This document shows, one piece after another, positions 46,476 through 56,705 of a stretch of DNA of 64,000 nucleotides (positions are counted from its first letter, which is position 1; each line of letters opens with the position of its first letter). Made by a program: the position numbers and the translations under genes. This stretch comes from Candidatus Latescibacterota bacterium (GTDB taxonomy: Bacteria > Latescibacterota > UBA2968 > UBA8231): contig OZ242005.1 of the NCBI GenBank assembly GCA_965204725.1, positions 5,280,001 to 5,344,000 on the forward strand. Reading direction: 5' to 3'. Under the pieces are notes generated by a model that did not search any database, was not told the origin of the DNA, and saw only the letters and a program-made list of their open reading frames with translations.

Positions 46476-48544
46476 ATGAAAGCGCATTGTGCTGTAGCCG
46501 TCGGCCTCGCCTTAGTCCTCTCGCAGCCCAGCGAAAGTTTGGCTCTCGACACGGTCTCGATTGGGGAGGGCGGCGACTTGGACTGGCAGGGCGAAGGCGC
46601 GGCGGTCGTCTCCACCCTCGACGCCGAGCACCGCTCGCCTTTGAACCCCAACAACCTGCTGGTGGGCAATGCGCCCGGCGACTTAATCGAATTCACCCGC
46701 GAGGGCTTTGTCCACAGCATCCTGCCCCGGCGCATTGCCGAGGGAGAAAACGTGGCCATCGGCACCATCGACCGCGGTGGCCACATCGAGTCGCCCAACG
46801 TCTTCGACTTCAGCGGCACGTTCAAGCCGCTCGACTTGGAGATGATGTTAAAGGAGCTGCTCTCAGACGAGCCGGGCGGCGAGTTGTTGGCCTTTGAGCG
46901 CAAGAACCAAAACTCCCTCGGCATCCTCGTGTTACTCAATTTAGGAGCGCGCTTCGGGGTGGAGCGGATACGCATCTATCCGCGCAACACGGTCGTGGCC
47001 TCGCCCTCAACCCCCTTCCAAAACGACTACCTACGGGCTTACGAGCTGTTTACCAACGACGGCCTAAACCTGACCAGCGAGGACACGCCAATATGGAAGC
47101 CGCTGATCGCCGAAACCGACAATCAAGTCGCGGTTATCGACGTGCCGCTCGACCCACCGCGCTACGTCCAGCACCTGCGCTTGCGGGCGACTTCGCCGGT
47201 GAATTTTGAGATTGACGAGATCGAGGTTTTCGGCAAGGGCTTTTTGTCGCGGGCCCAGTACGTGTCAGACATTTTCGACGCCGGGCAACCGGCCGTGTGG
47301 GGCACCCTGCGCTGGGTGGAAGAGGTGTTGGGCGATCCGCGCTTCTCCAGCGTGCAGATCCGCACGCGCACGGGCACGGACACCTCGCCCTTTGTGTACA
47401 CCCGCCGATTGCGCGGCAAGCAAAACGCCGAGGACATCCCTTTTTCGCTGGAAAACCCCGGGAGGAGATGGGCCTAGCCGAGTACCGCACCTTTCCCCAA
47501 AAGGCCGGTCAGACGCCCATTACCGATGCGGCGGGCCGCGAGTGGATGGCCGGGGCCGTGACCGACGACCTGATCAATTGGAGCCCTTTCAGCACGCCGT
47601 ATCCGGCGGACGGGCCTATTGTCTCGCCTAGCCCGCGCCGCTACATGCAGTTCGAGGCCGTTTTTAACAGCAGCGACCTAGAGGCGGCGCGGGCGATCCA
47701 GTCGCTGAGCTTCGAGCTGCTAACGCCGCCGTTTGCCGACGCCTTGGTCGGCGAAGTCTTTCCACGCGAGGTAAAAGTGGCTGAGGAAGTGTCCTTTACC
47801 TTTGCCGTGCGCGCCGCCATGGGTACGGCTGGCCTGCGCGGCTTCGACACCATTGAGATCGACACGCCGACGCGGGTGTCGAGCATCGACGCGGTGCAGA
47901 TCGTCGCTGGCGATGGCGCGATCGTGGCCGAGCACCACAACCTCGCCGACGCGAGCGGGGACTTCGCCATTGTCGAGGTTGCCGACGACCGCTTTGCCGT
48001 GCGCTTCCCCGTGGTGACCCAAGACCAGACGCAGGTGCATATTCGCTTCCAGACCAACGTGCTGACGTACAGCACCAACTTCACCGCTTCGGCCCGTCGC
48101 ACGACCGAGCCGAGCGCCGCCCAAGTCATCGACCCGGGCCATGTAGCCTTTTTGGGCGAGGGCGACGAGGATGCCTTTTCCGGCACCACAGTACTCAGCC
48201 CGTCCGTATTGGCTGAAGGGCAGCTATTGGGCCAAGTGCAGGCTGCGCCCAATCCGTTTACCCCCAACGGCGACGGCATCAACGACGAGGCGGTCATCCA
48301 CTACAACCTGCTGGCACTGAGCACCCCGCGGCCGGTTGAGGTCGCGCTCTACGACTTGAGCGGCCGGCGCGTACGCGTCCTCTTCGCTGGCGAAGAGGCC
48401 AATGGCCGCTACACAGACAAAGCGTGGGATGGCCGCGACGACCAAGGTCGCACCGTTCCCCCAGGCCTATACGTGGCCCGCGTCTTTGTCGTCGGAGATT
48501 CGGGCGACGCCGAGCAGAGCCGCGTCGTCGGGGTCGCGTACTAG
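46476..48544 (+). CDS. Secreted discoidin-like + FlgD-Ig CTD protein, split by a single-base frameshift near 47461
   Basis: GGAGGA RBS and MKAHCAVAVG. ORFs 46449..47477 and 47297..48544 join if one G is added (CCC GGG GAG GAG ATG). FTPNGDGIND..WDGRD; ends VGVAY. Confidence 0.75.
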
Positions 48545-48569
48545 CATAAAAAGTGCCGTGCAACGGAGA

Positions 48570-51500
48570 CTAACGACCCCCTAGCCGCGCCCTCATCCTC
48601 CGCACCCGCGGATCGTCCGGTCCCTCCTCCAGCACCTGCCGCGCCTTTTCCACTTCCCCCGTACCCCGATAGGCGTCGGCCAGTTTTAGCCGCAAGGTCG
48701 CGTCCTCGGGCCGCCGCTGTACCGCTTCCTGCAAATAGTGTTGCGCCGCGGCAAACTGCCGCTGCTTTAGAAAGGCCGTGCCGAGGTTGTTCCACACGCG
48801 GGCGTCGGTGGAGTCTATGGCCAAGGCTCGGCGAAAGACGCGCATTCCCTCGGCAAAGCGTTCCTGCATCAAGAGGGCGGTGCCGAGATTGTTGAGCAGC
48901 CCGAGATGGTCGGGCAGGGCCTTTAAGCCGCGGCGGTAGGTTGCGGCGGCTTGGTCGAAGGCGCGGTTGCGGGTGTGAATGGCTCCGAGGCGCAAGTGGG
49001 CGGCGACAAAGGTTGGCGCGAGGTCGGCCGTGCGTTGGTAAGCCGCGGCCGCAACGTCCCACTGCCGCAGGTGTTCGTGCAGTTCGCCCTTGCGGTAGTG
49101 CCCCACGGCGTGGTCGGGCAGCGCGGCGAGCAACTCGTCGTACCAGCGCACGGCCTGTTGGAAGCGGCCACGGCGGATGGCGTCTTCGGCCAGTTTGAAG
49201 CTCAGCTCGGGCAAGACACGCCGCACTTCTATGTCCTCGGGCCGCAGCCGAGCGGCTTTGCCCATCTGCGCGAGGGCCTCGGAGTACGCGCCGCGCCGCT
49301 CGTGCATCAGCCCGTCCAGCGCGAGGTGACGCGCCGTCCAAGCGCGGGTTAGCGGCGGCGGCGCGGCCGGATGCACAAAGCCCAAGTCAACGCGACGAAC
49401 AGCCGCTAGATCCGCGAGGGAAAACAGCCCGCGGCCGCGGCTTAGGTCGCGGTAGAGGCCCCGCGGGGCCGCAAACTCCAGCCGGGCATTGTCGTCGGTG
49501 TTGAGCGGGGCGTCGCCAGCCAGCTTTTTGATCCCTTGATCGCCCATGACATAAGAGCAGAGCACATCGAGTGCGTCGCCCCCGCCACTGCGCGCCAAGT
49601 CGCGCCGCACACCGGGCCGGTCCAAGCGCGTCGCGAGCCGGTCCAATCCCACTTCCACTGGCGAGGCCGAGCCGACGAGCAGATAGTCAATCCCGGGCAT
49701 TAGCTCCCACATAGACATATACGGGAAGGCGTCGGCAAACGTGGCGACAATGGTCTGCACGTCCTCTGGTTCTAGCGCGTAGGCTTGGAGCCAAACGCCG
49801 ACCAAGCCCCCCGGCGCGAGCTTTTGGCGGCAGTCGTGGAAAAATTCGCGGGTGAACAGATCCACCATGCCCGCAATCCACAAGCTCGAAGGCTGCGAGA
49901 TGATGACGTCGTAGCGGCCCTCGGAAAGCGCGAGGTGGTTGCGGCCGTCGCCGACGATCATCCGCGTGCGCGGATCGGCGAGCGCGTTTTGGTTGACCTC
50001 GCTAAAGAGTTCGGTCGCCTCCACGACTTCGGGCGACAGTTCGACGCAGTCGATGGCCGCGATCGGGTGGCACAAGGCCGCGCCCAAGCTGATGCCGCAG
50101 CCGAGGCCGATCAGCAGCACTTGTTGAGGATCCTCATGCAAGAGCAGCGGCAGATGCGCCAACAGCGAATGCGAGCGCAAATCCTTGCCCTGCGACGAGG
50201 CGACGACCTTGCCGTTGACCCGCATGAAACGCTCGCCGCGCAAGTCCCACGCGGTCACCGTCGCGGTCATGCCTTCTTTGGCATAGAGCAAGCGGCGATC
50301 TTGCCCCATGGCGTGAGCCACGCCTTGCCCGGCGAGGCGGGCCGCGTTCTGATACTGCCCGGCGTAGAGGTACGGGGCGCTGTTGAGCAAGGCCACGTCC
50401 CAAGCCGGAAGGCGCGAAACCGCTAGGGGCAACAGCAGCAGGCCGGGTGCCAGCAGGCGGACCAGCGGGCGGCGAAACGAGCCATCGCGCCAGAGGAAGT
50501 AAAGGCCCAACCCTATATTGAGGGTGGTGGCCGCGAGAATGCTGGCCTGCACTCCGATAAGGGGAATCAAGAGAAAGCCCCCGGCAAAGGCGCCCAGCAC
50601 GGCCCCGAGCGTGTTGGCTGCGTACGCATCGCCGACCGACTTGCCTACGGTGGCGAGGTTCCGGGTGTAGAGCTTGGCCGCGGCCGGGAAGATGCCGCCG
50701 GCCGCAAAAGTCGGCAGGAACATCAGGCCGAAGGCGAGGAGGAATTCGCTCAAATGCAGCAGCCCGAAGGAGCCGGCATAGCGGTTGACCAGCTCGACGA
50801 CCACGAGGGGCAGCAGGCCAAAGAGCGGCTCGACCAGCAGGGCCGTTAGGCCGACGGCCAACTGCAAGAGGGCGAGGGTGCCCAAGAGCCGCGCCCGGCG
50901 GTCGATCCAGCCGGCCAGCACCAAGCTGCCCAAGCCCAGCCCGCAGATGAAGGCCACCAGCATCAAGGTAAACGCATACACTGAGGAGCCAATGAGCAGC
51001 GACAGGGTGCGAGTCCAACTCACCTCGTAGATCATAGAGGCAAAACCCGTCAGGCCCAGTGCCCAGAGCGCGGCCAAGTCGCCTCGGCTCGCCGCCGGTT
51101 CGTCCGCAGGCGGGCGGGCGGGCGGCGCGTCCGTGAGGACAAAGGCCAGCGCGCCGATGAGCAAGTTGGCCCCGGCCGCCGCCCACAGCGTGGTCTGCAC
51201 CCCAAGGGAAGGGACCAATAGGAACCCGGTCAGCGCGGCCCCGAGCGCGGCCCCGAGCGTATTGAGCGCGTAGAGCCTGCCCAAGTCGCGCCCCATGCGT
51301 TCTAGGCGTTGGGTGGTAAAGCGGCTCAACAGGGGCAGCGTCGCGCCCATCAGCGTCGTGGGCAGCGCCAACAGGGCCGCCGACGCGACAAAGCGCCCCA
51401 CGCCGAGCCAGAGGCCGGTTCCACCCAGTTCGCGATAGAGCCAGCCATAGACCGGCTCCAAGGCACTAAAGGCCGGCGTCATGGCCAAGCCGCAAAGGCC

Positions 51501-51743
51501 GATGAACACTTCCAACCAAGCGTACACGCGCAACGGCCGGCCCGTGCGGTCGGCGAGCCGGCCGGCGAGCCAACTGCCCAACGCCAGCCCGGCCATGAAC
51601 GCGGTCAACACCGTAGCCGACGTAAAGACCGTATTGCCCATCGCCAGCCGGAAGAGTCGCATCCAAGTGATTTGATAGATGAGGGCGCAGGCGCCTGAAA
51701 AAAAGAACAGCCCGAAAACGGCCCAGCGGCTCGCGTTGTACAT
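48570..51743 (-). CDS. Fused membrane domain/spermidine-synthase-like SAM-binding domain/TPR protein
   Basis: FFFSGACALIYQITWMR membrane repeat x2; LLIGLGCG, CVELSPEVV, GDGRNHL, YDVIISQPS, NTDDNARLEF; C-terminal TPRs. Confidence 0.88.
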   Translation of the reverse strand: MYNASRWAVFGLFFFSGACALIYQITWMRLFRLAMGNTVFTSATVLTAFMAGLALGSWLAGRLADRTGRPLRVYAWLEVFIGLCGLAMTPAFSALEPVYGWLYRELGGTGLWLGVGRFVASAALLALPTTLMGATLPLLSRFTTQRLERMGRDLGRLYALNTLGAALGAALTGFLLVPSLGVQTTLWAAAGANLLIGALAFVLTDAPPARPPADEPAASRGDLAALWALGLTGFASMIYEVSWTRTLSLLIGSSVYAFTLMLVAFICGLGLGSLVLAGWIDRRARLLGTLALLQLAVGLTALLVEPLFGLLPLVVVELVNRYAGSFGLLHLSEFLLAFGLMFLPTFAAGGIFPAAAKLYTRNLATVGKSVGDAYAANTLGAVLGAFAGGFLLIPLIGVQASILAATTLNIGLGLYFLWRDGSFRRPLVRLLAPGLLLLPLAVSRLPAWDVALLNSAPYLYAGQYQNAARLAGQGVAHAMGQDRRLLYAKEGMTATVTAWDLRGERFMRVNGKVVASSQGKDLRSHSLLAHLPLLLHEDPQQVLLIGLGCGISLGAALCHPIAAIDCVELSPEVVEATELFSEVNQNALADPRTRMIVGDGRNHLALSEGRYDVIISQPSSLWIAGMVDLFTREFFHDCRQKLAPGGLVGVWLQAYALEPEDVQTIVATFADAFPYMSMWELMPGIDYLLVGSASPVEVGLDRLATRLDRPGVRRDLARSGGGDALDVLCSYVMGDQGIKKLAGDAPLNTDDNARLEFAAPRGLYRDLSRGRGLFSLADLAAVRRVDLGFVHPAAPPPLTRAWTARHLALDGLMHERRGAYSEALAQMGKAARLRPEDIEVRRVLPELSFKLAEDAIRRGRFQQAVRWYDELLAALPDHAVGHYRKGELHEHLRQWDVAAAAYQRTADLAPTFVAAHLRLGAIHTRNRAFDQAAATYRRGLKALPDHLGLLNNLGTALLMQERFAEGMRVFRRALAIDSTDARVWNNLGTAFLKQRQFAAAQHYLQEAVQRRPEDATLRLKLADAYRGTGEVEKARQVLEEGPDDPRVRRMRARLGGR

Positions 51744-51764
51744 CGAGAAGTCGCTTTCTGCGGA

Positions 51765-53975
51765 TCAACCGCCGAAAATTTGTTCGATCTGGGCTTCCAT
51801 TTCTCGGCGCACCACCTTTTTCAGGCGGTAGGCGCGCTGGCCACGGCTAAAGGCCGCAAATTGAGCAGCCGCGTCGGCTGGGCGTCCAGTGCGTTGGTAG
51901 AGGTGGCCGAGAAATAGATGGGCTTGGTAGTCGTGCGGAGCAATCTGGAGCAGGTGTTCAAACAGGGGCACGGCCTCTGCATAGCGCGCTTGGCGGGCGT
52001 AGAGCATCCCCAAGCTCCAGTGGGGATGCGCGGCCTTGGGGGCGAGGGCGAGGGCGCGGCGCAAGAGTTTTTCAGCGTCCGCCAGCCGCTCGGTCGCCCC
52101 GAGGGCCATGCTCGGCCCTTGTTCGAGTTGGATGAGCAGGTCGGCGAGGCGGGTTGGGTACTCAGGCACGTGCGGCTCGCGCTGCACGAGCTGCTCAAAC
52201 TCGTCGCGGGCCGCGCGGTGTTGCCCTTGCTCCGCGTACAGGCGGGCCAGTTGATAGCGCACGACCGTCGAGTCTGGGTTCAGTTCGAGCGTGCGGCGAT
52301 AACATTGGGCTGCGCGCTGGGGTTGGTCCGTCATCAGGAGGGCGTAGCCGAGGCCGCCGTGCGCCGCGGCCCAGTTGGGGCGCACGACCGCGACCTCGGA
52401 GTACGCGGCCGCGGCCTCGTCGTAGCGCCGAGCGAGCAGCGCGGTGTGCCCGAGGAGAAAGCGCACATCCGCGTCGTGGGGCTGCGCCTTGAGGTACTGC
52501 CGATAGAGGGCCATCGCCTCGTCGTAACGCTCGGCCTCGCCGTGGAGGGCCGCCAGCGCGAGGAGCGGCGCGGCGAAGCTGGGGTCGCGGACCATGGCGC
52601 GGCGGTAGTGGCGGGCGGCGTGGGCCGGCATGTCCCGTTCTTCGTAGGCGTAGCCGAGGTAGTAGTGCTCGTGGGCATTGCCCGCTGGGTCCATCGCCCC
52701 GGTGGCGACGTTGCAAAAGACCAACAGGGCGGCAAAAGCGGCGAGCCCGGGCCGAGGCCGGTGCCACAGGACGCGCACTCCACAAGCCGCAAACAACAAC
52801 AGCACGGGCACGGCGGGCAGGCGATAGCGCCCGGTGACGAAAAACAAAACGACGGAAAGCGCGTAGCAGGCCACAAAGAGCGCGAGCAAGCGTCCCTCGG
52901 GCGTGGGCGAGCGCACAACGCCAAAAAGCCCCACCAGAGCCAGCGGGGCGACCAAACCGAAGGGAAACGCCAGCCCCTTTTTCCACAGCAGGATCGACAA
53001 AAGCGCGGAGTCGTTGCGGGCGAAGTACAGGTCGCGGTTGCGCGGGATCTCGTCGCCGCGCAGGAACAGGTAGCCCTTGTAGGCCAGCAAGCCCAAGAAA
53101 TCGAGCGGCTCGGCCGTTATGTATTGCCAAGATTGGGCGAAAAAATAGCGCGACTTGGCCGAAGGCTGCTCAAGGCTGGCGTGGCGCTCGGGCATTTCCA
53201 CCAGCTCGGTCCAAGCCCGTCCCGGGCGGATGCGAGTCGTCTGCTCGGAGTCGGCGTTGTTGCCGATGTAGAAGTTGATGCCCGCGTTGTGCGAGATGAG
53301 CACCCGATCGCCGCCGACAGCCCAGTTGCGATACGCGACCGGCGCGATGACTAAGGCACAGCCCAAGAGCAGGAGAGCCGGCGAGCGGAGCCGACGCTGC
53401 CGGTAGTAGAGATAGCCCAACAGCACGGGCGCGCAGAGCAGCACGTTGGCCACGGCGAGCGCGGACAGGCCCAGCAGCACCCCGGCTGCTAGGGCGCGCT
53501 GCCAACCGCCCGCGCCGACTACGAGCAACAGCACGAGCACGTTGAGGCAACAGGCCAGCAGGGTGGGCAGCAACTCGCCGCCAAAGTAGATGAGCGGCCC
53601 GTACAACGCCGCGGCAAAACCCGCGCCCAGCCCGACCCCCGCGCCAAAGACCCGGCGCCCCAACAGGCTTATGAGGACGCAGACGAGTGCGCCGAGGACG
53701 GCTTGGATGAGGCGCGGTAGGTAGAGGTCGTCCCCGGCGAGGGCAAAGAGGACGCCGAGGAGCACGGGGTAGAGCGGCGGTTGCCAGAAGGGAGCGGCCC
53801 GCCCCGCAAAGGAGACATCGCTGAAGTAGCGCGCGTCCTCGGTATAGGTGCGAGCATCGACGACGGGCGCGGTGAAAAGCGGGCTGGCGCGTATTTCGTG
53901 GAGGTAGTACAGGCGCGCTGACAGGGCGAGCGCGAAGACGGCCACCACCCCATAGAACACCGAGCGTCTAGCCAT
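51765..53975 (-). CDS. GT-C fold glycosyltransferase (PMT_2/GT39/ArnT-like) fused to TPRs
   Basis: Start moved to MARRSVFYG; PVVDARTY..FWQPPLYP; GINFYIGNN; FFVTGRYRLP; C-terminal TPR array. Confidence 0.8.
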   Translation of the reverse strand: MARRSVFYGVVAVFALALSARLYYLHEIRASPLFTAPVVDARTYTEDARYFSDVSFAGRAAPFWQPPLYPVLLGVLFALAGDDLYLPRLIQAVLGALVCVLISLLGRRVFGAGVGLGAGFAAALYGPLIYFGGELLPTLLACCLNVLVLLLVVGAGGWQRALAAGVLLGLSALAVANVLLCAPVLLGYLYYRQRRLRSPALLLLGCALVIAPVAYRNWAVGGDRVLISHNAGINFYIGNNADSEQTTRIRPGRAWTELVEMPERHASLEQPSAKSRYFFAQSWQYITAEPLDFLGLLAYKGYLFLRGDEIPRNRDLYFARNDSALLSILLWKKGLAFPFGLVAPLALVGLFGVVRSPTPEGRLLALFVACYALSVVLFFVTGRYRLPAVPVLLLFAACGVRVLWHRPRPGLAAFAALLVFCNVATGAMDPAGNAHEHYYLGYAYEERDMPAHAARHYRRAMVRDPSFAAPLLALAALHGEAERYDEAMALYRQYLKAQPHDADVRFLLGHTALLARRYDEAAAAYSEVAVVRPNWAAAHGGLGYALLMTDQPQRAAQCYRRTLELNPDSTVVRYQLARLYAEQGQHRAARDEFEQLVQREPHVPEYPTRLADLLIQLEQGPSMALGATERLADAEKLLRRALALAPKAAHPHWSLGMLYARQARYAEAVPLFEHLLQIAPHDYQAHLFLGHLYQRTGRPADAAAQFAAFSRGQRAYRLKKVVRREMEAQIEQIFGG

Positions 53976-53986
53976 GCGCTTCGCGC

Positions 53987-56650
53987 TTATTGCAAGCCGG
54001 CGTAGATAGAAATGAAGATCTGATTGATAATCACGGCGTCCTCGCCCCGGGGCTGGCGGCGGTCGATCTTCATGCCCGCATGGGTCGTGACCTTGTAGCC
54101 GAGATAATCGGAGATATTGGACAACTGCAAGGCCCAGACTAGGCCGCTGAAGTCGTTGGAGTCGCGCTCCATGTCGTTGAGGAAGGTCAGCTCCAGCCCG
54201 CTCAGCAGGTTCGTGTGGCTGAGCAGGGGAAAGCCGAGCACAAAGCCGCCAATCTCGGCTAACTCGGTGCGCTCGTCGGCCGAAATCAGATCGCGGCTCT
54301 GGCGGCGGTACTCGCTTTTCCAGCGCGGCTCCACCCACAGGCGGCCCAAGTCGAAGCGGTAGCTGATTTTGTTGATTAGGCCCCAGAAAAAGTCGCGCTC
54401 GCGCAGGCCCAACAGGGCGCGCTCATTGGCGCTGAGCCGCGAGTGATACAGGTCGTATTTGAGGTAATTGGCCGTCAGCAGGCCGCGTAGCTCGTAGTCG
54501 TGGCCGATCCACAGGCTGTTGATCCAAGCGTCGCGGGCGATGAGCGGGTCCTCAACTTTGGTCGGCTCGCCGGTGCGGATATTGGCGTTGGGCAGCCACT
54601 GCAAGAGGTCGTCGGGAATGTCGTCGGTGGTGGATTTGAGCATCTCAAAGACGCGGAAGCGCCCCCAATTCGGCGTGTGGCGGTCGAGGGTCAGCAAGGC
54701 GTAATTGGCGTGGTTTTTCTGGTTGGAAGAAATAAGGCCCTCGCGCAAGACGCCGACCATCAGCCGCACCTCCGGCGTGAGGTGGACGCCGCCGTAGGCG
54801 TTGTACCCGCGGTGGTCTTTCTTGTAGGGGTAGTCGGGCAATTCGTCGTTTTCAAAGCGATCGACCCACAGGTTGTTGTTCAGATCAATGCCAAAGAGGA
54901 ATTCGGGCCGATCGACGTTGTGGCGCAAAAACGGCTCCTCGTAATCTGGAATGAGGTTGCTCAAGAAGCGGTTGTCGTTCTGGTTGAAATCCGAGATGAA
55001 GTCGTTGTTCTCGTCCCAGCCGGGGAAGACGCTCGGATCGCCGGTCTGCCAGTCCTTGCGCACGGTGTCGGGAAATTCGTCTTGGTCGTCGTTGTCCTCC
55101 ACGAGCTCGACGACGTGGATACGCTCGTCCTCGTAGTCGATAAAGCCATCGCCTTGGGCGGTGAACGTGCGGGTGGAGTAGCGAGGATCCATGCTGTATG
55201 CCTCGCCAAAAAAGAAGAAGGGAAACGCGGCCCGCGACAGGTTCATCATCCACGCGGCTGCGGCGCGATCGCCGCGGATGCCCGAAAAGGTGGTGTGCGT
55301 CTTGGCAACCACGTTGGGGTATTTGGTGTAGCTGTAGCTGAGGTCGTACTCGCCGTAAAAGTCAAAGCCGAGGACCTTTTTTAGCTCTAAGGTTCCTCCC
55401 CAGATCTGGGTGGAGGTCGGCAGGCCGTAGTCGAAACTGACGATCTGCAAATTGGTGTTGTCGCGCACGTTGCCCTCGGCTTGGGCGACGAGCAAGAGCA
55501 CGGACTCGCCGCCCGCATTGAGCTGGCGGTCGGAGGTGACCCATACCTGATAGTCGTTGCCCAGCACGAGGCGGAACTCGACCTTTTTGATCTCTTCTTT
55601 GGTCCCCGAAGCGCGGTTGACAAAGGCCGGGCTGTCAAAGTCGTAGCGCAGGCGGATTTCCTCGACGCCATCGGCCGACAGGAAGCCTTCCCCCACGAGC
55701 CCGCCCTCGATGATCGGCTCAAAGCGAATGGCCTTGCCGTTGTCTTGGGTTCCGTCGAGATAGGTGATGATGATGTCCGAGCCGGCGCTGAAGAAGGCCG
55801 CGCCGCCAACGCCGTCGGCCGGGCTGTCGTCGCGCAAGACGATCTCGATGATCGAGACGGTCTGGTTCTGATCAACCGATAGCTCGCCCGTGAAGGGGTT
55901 GCCGGTAAAGCCGTCGATGAGGGTGTTGGATTGGTGGGCGTTGACCATAGTCAAACCGAGCGTGGCAAAGTCGCCCACCTGCGCGGTGGCGCGGCTGCCG
56001 AACATGGACGTGGCGTTGGAGACCAAGCTCTCTTGATCGTTGGTCGACGTGCCGCCGGGGCGGCTGATGCGCGAGTAGATTAAGGTGCCTTGGTATTTGT
56101 CGGCCGCGTAGTCGAATTGAATGCCGTCCCAGCGCGGCTTGGAAAAGGTCATCGGCGTCAGGGTCGAGCGGATTTTGGTGCCGGCCGTCAGGGCGTAGTG
56201 GTGCTGGCCCCTAGAGTCGGCCGAGATGACCAAGCCGCTAAACCAGCCCTCGAATTTTTGCGACTTCAGCACTGAAGAGCCAAATTGCCGGGGCTGGGTC
56301 TGCGAGTTGTTAAAAATCAGCCAGCCGCGCGTGACGAGGTTGCCGTAGAGGTCGTAGTAGTAATCGCCCTCGTGGATCGCGCTGACGTAGCGCTGGTAGT
56401 GATCGCGGGCGTAGTTGGAGTATTCCCATTGCCGCCACTGGTATTCGTTAAAAAGCTCTTGCGGCACGTACCACCGGCGCTTGGCCGGGTCGAGAGCACC
56501 GAACAGGACGCCGGGCCCCTGCGGCTCAAAGGAAACCACCCCGCCCCTTTTGACCGTGCCCGTGCGCGAGCCGTACGTCTGGGCCTCGGCGGCCGCGCTG
56601 CCGAGCCACAGGACGGCTATTGCCATCTGGCCTATCCATCTCCGGTTCAC
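53987..56650 (-). CDS. Large predicted outer-membrane beta-barrel protein, copy 3
   Basis: GTG start after GAGGAGG; AEA|QTYG; same motifs as the two genes at 14382..20131; ends IFISIYAGLQ. Confidence 0.72.
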   Translation of the reverse strand: MNRRWIGQMAIAVLWLGSAAAEAQTYGSRTGTVKRGGVVSFEPQGPGVLFGALDPAKRRWYVPQELFNEYQWRQWEYSNYARDHYQRYVSAIHEGDYYYDLYGNLVTRGWLIFNNSQTQPRQFGSSVLKSQKFEGWFSGLVISADSRGQHHYALTAGTKIRSTLTPMTFSKPRWDGIQFDYAADKYQGTLIYSRISRPGGTSTNDQESLVSNATSMFGSRATAQVGDFATLGLTMVNAHQSNTLIDGFTGNPFTGELSVDQNQTVSIIEIVLRDDSPADGVGGAAFFSAGSDIIITYLDGTQDNGKAIRFEPIIEGGLVGEGFLSADGVEEIRLRYDFDSPAFVNRASGTKEEIKKVEFRLVLGNDYQVWVTSDRQLNAGGESVLLLVAQAEGNVRDNTNLQIVSFDYGLPTSTQIWGGTLELKKVLGFDFYGEYDLSYSYTKYPNVVAKTHTTFSGIRGDRAAAAWMMNLSRAAFPFFFFGEAYSMDPRYSTRTFTAQGDGFIDYEDERIHVVELVEDNDDQDEFPDTVRKDWQTGDPSVFPGWDENNDFISDFNQNDNRFLSNLIPDYEEPFLRHNVDRPEFLFGIDLNNNLWVDRFENDELPDYPYKKDHRGYNAYGGVHLTPEVRLMVGVLREGLISSNQKNHANYALLTLDRHTPNWGRFRVFEMLKSTTDDIPDDLLQWLPNANIRTGEPTKVEDPLIARDAWINSLWIGHDYELRGLLTANYLKYDLYHSRLSANERALLGLRERDFFWGLINKISYRFDLGRLWVEPRWKSEYRRQSRDLISADERTELAEIGGFVLGFPLLSHTNLLSGLELTFLNDMERDSNDFSGLVWALQLSNISDYLGYKVTTHAGMKIDRRQPRGEDAVIINQIFISIYAGLQ

Positions 56651-56705
56651 CTGCAATCCCTCCTCAGTGGTCAATGATAATTGGCCCCAAGCGTTCCAGC
56701 AATAA

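Noticed and set aside
47450-47480. Phase variation or two separate genes
   Set aside because: The C4G3 run is short for a contingency tract and one added G gives a full-length paralog; likely a sequencing indel.
53976-54338. N-terminal extension of the GT-C ORF (and similar extensions of the 53987, 56706, 32263 and 27590 ORFs)
   Set aside because: They overlap upstream same-strand genes; internal starts with an RBS, signal peptide or stop/start overlap fit better.
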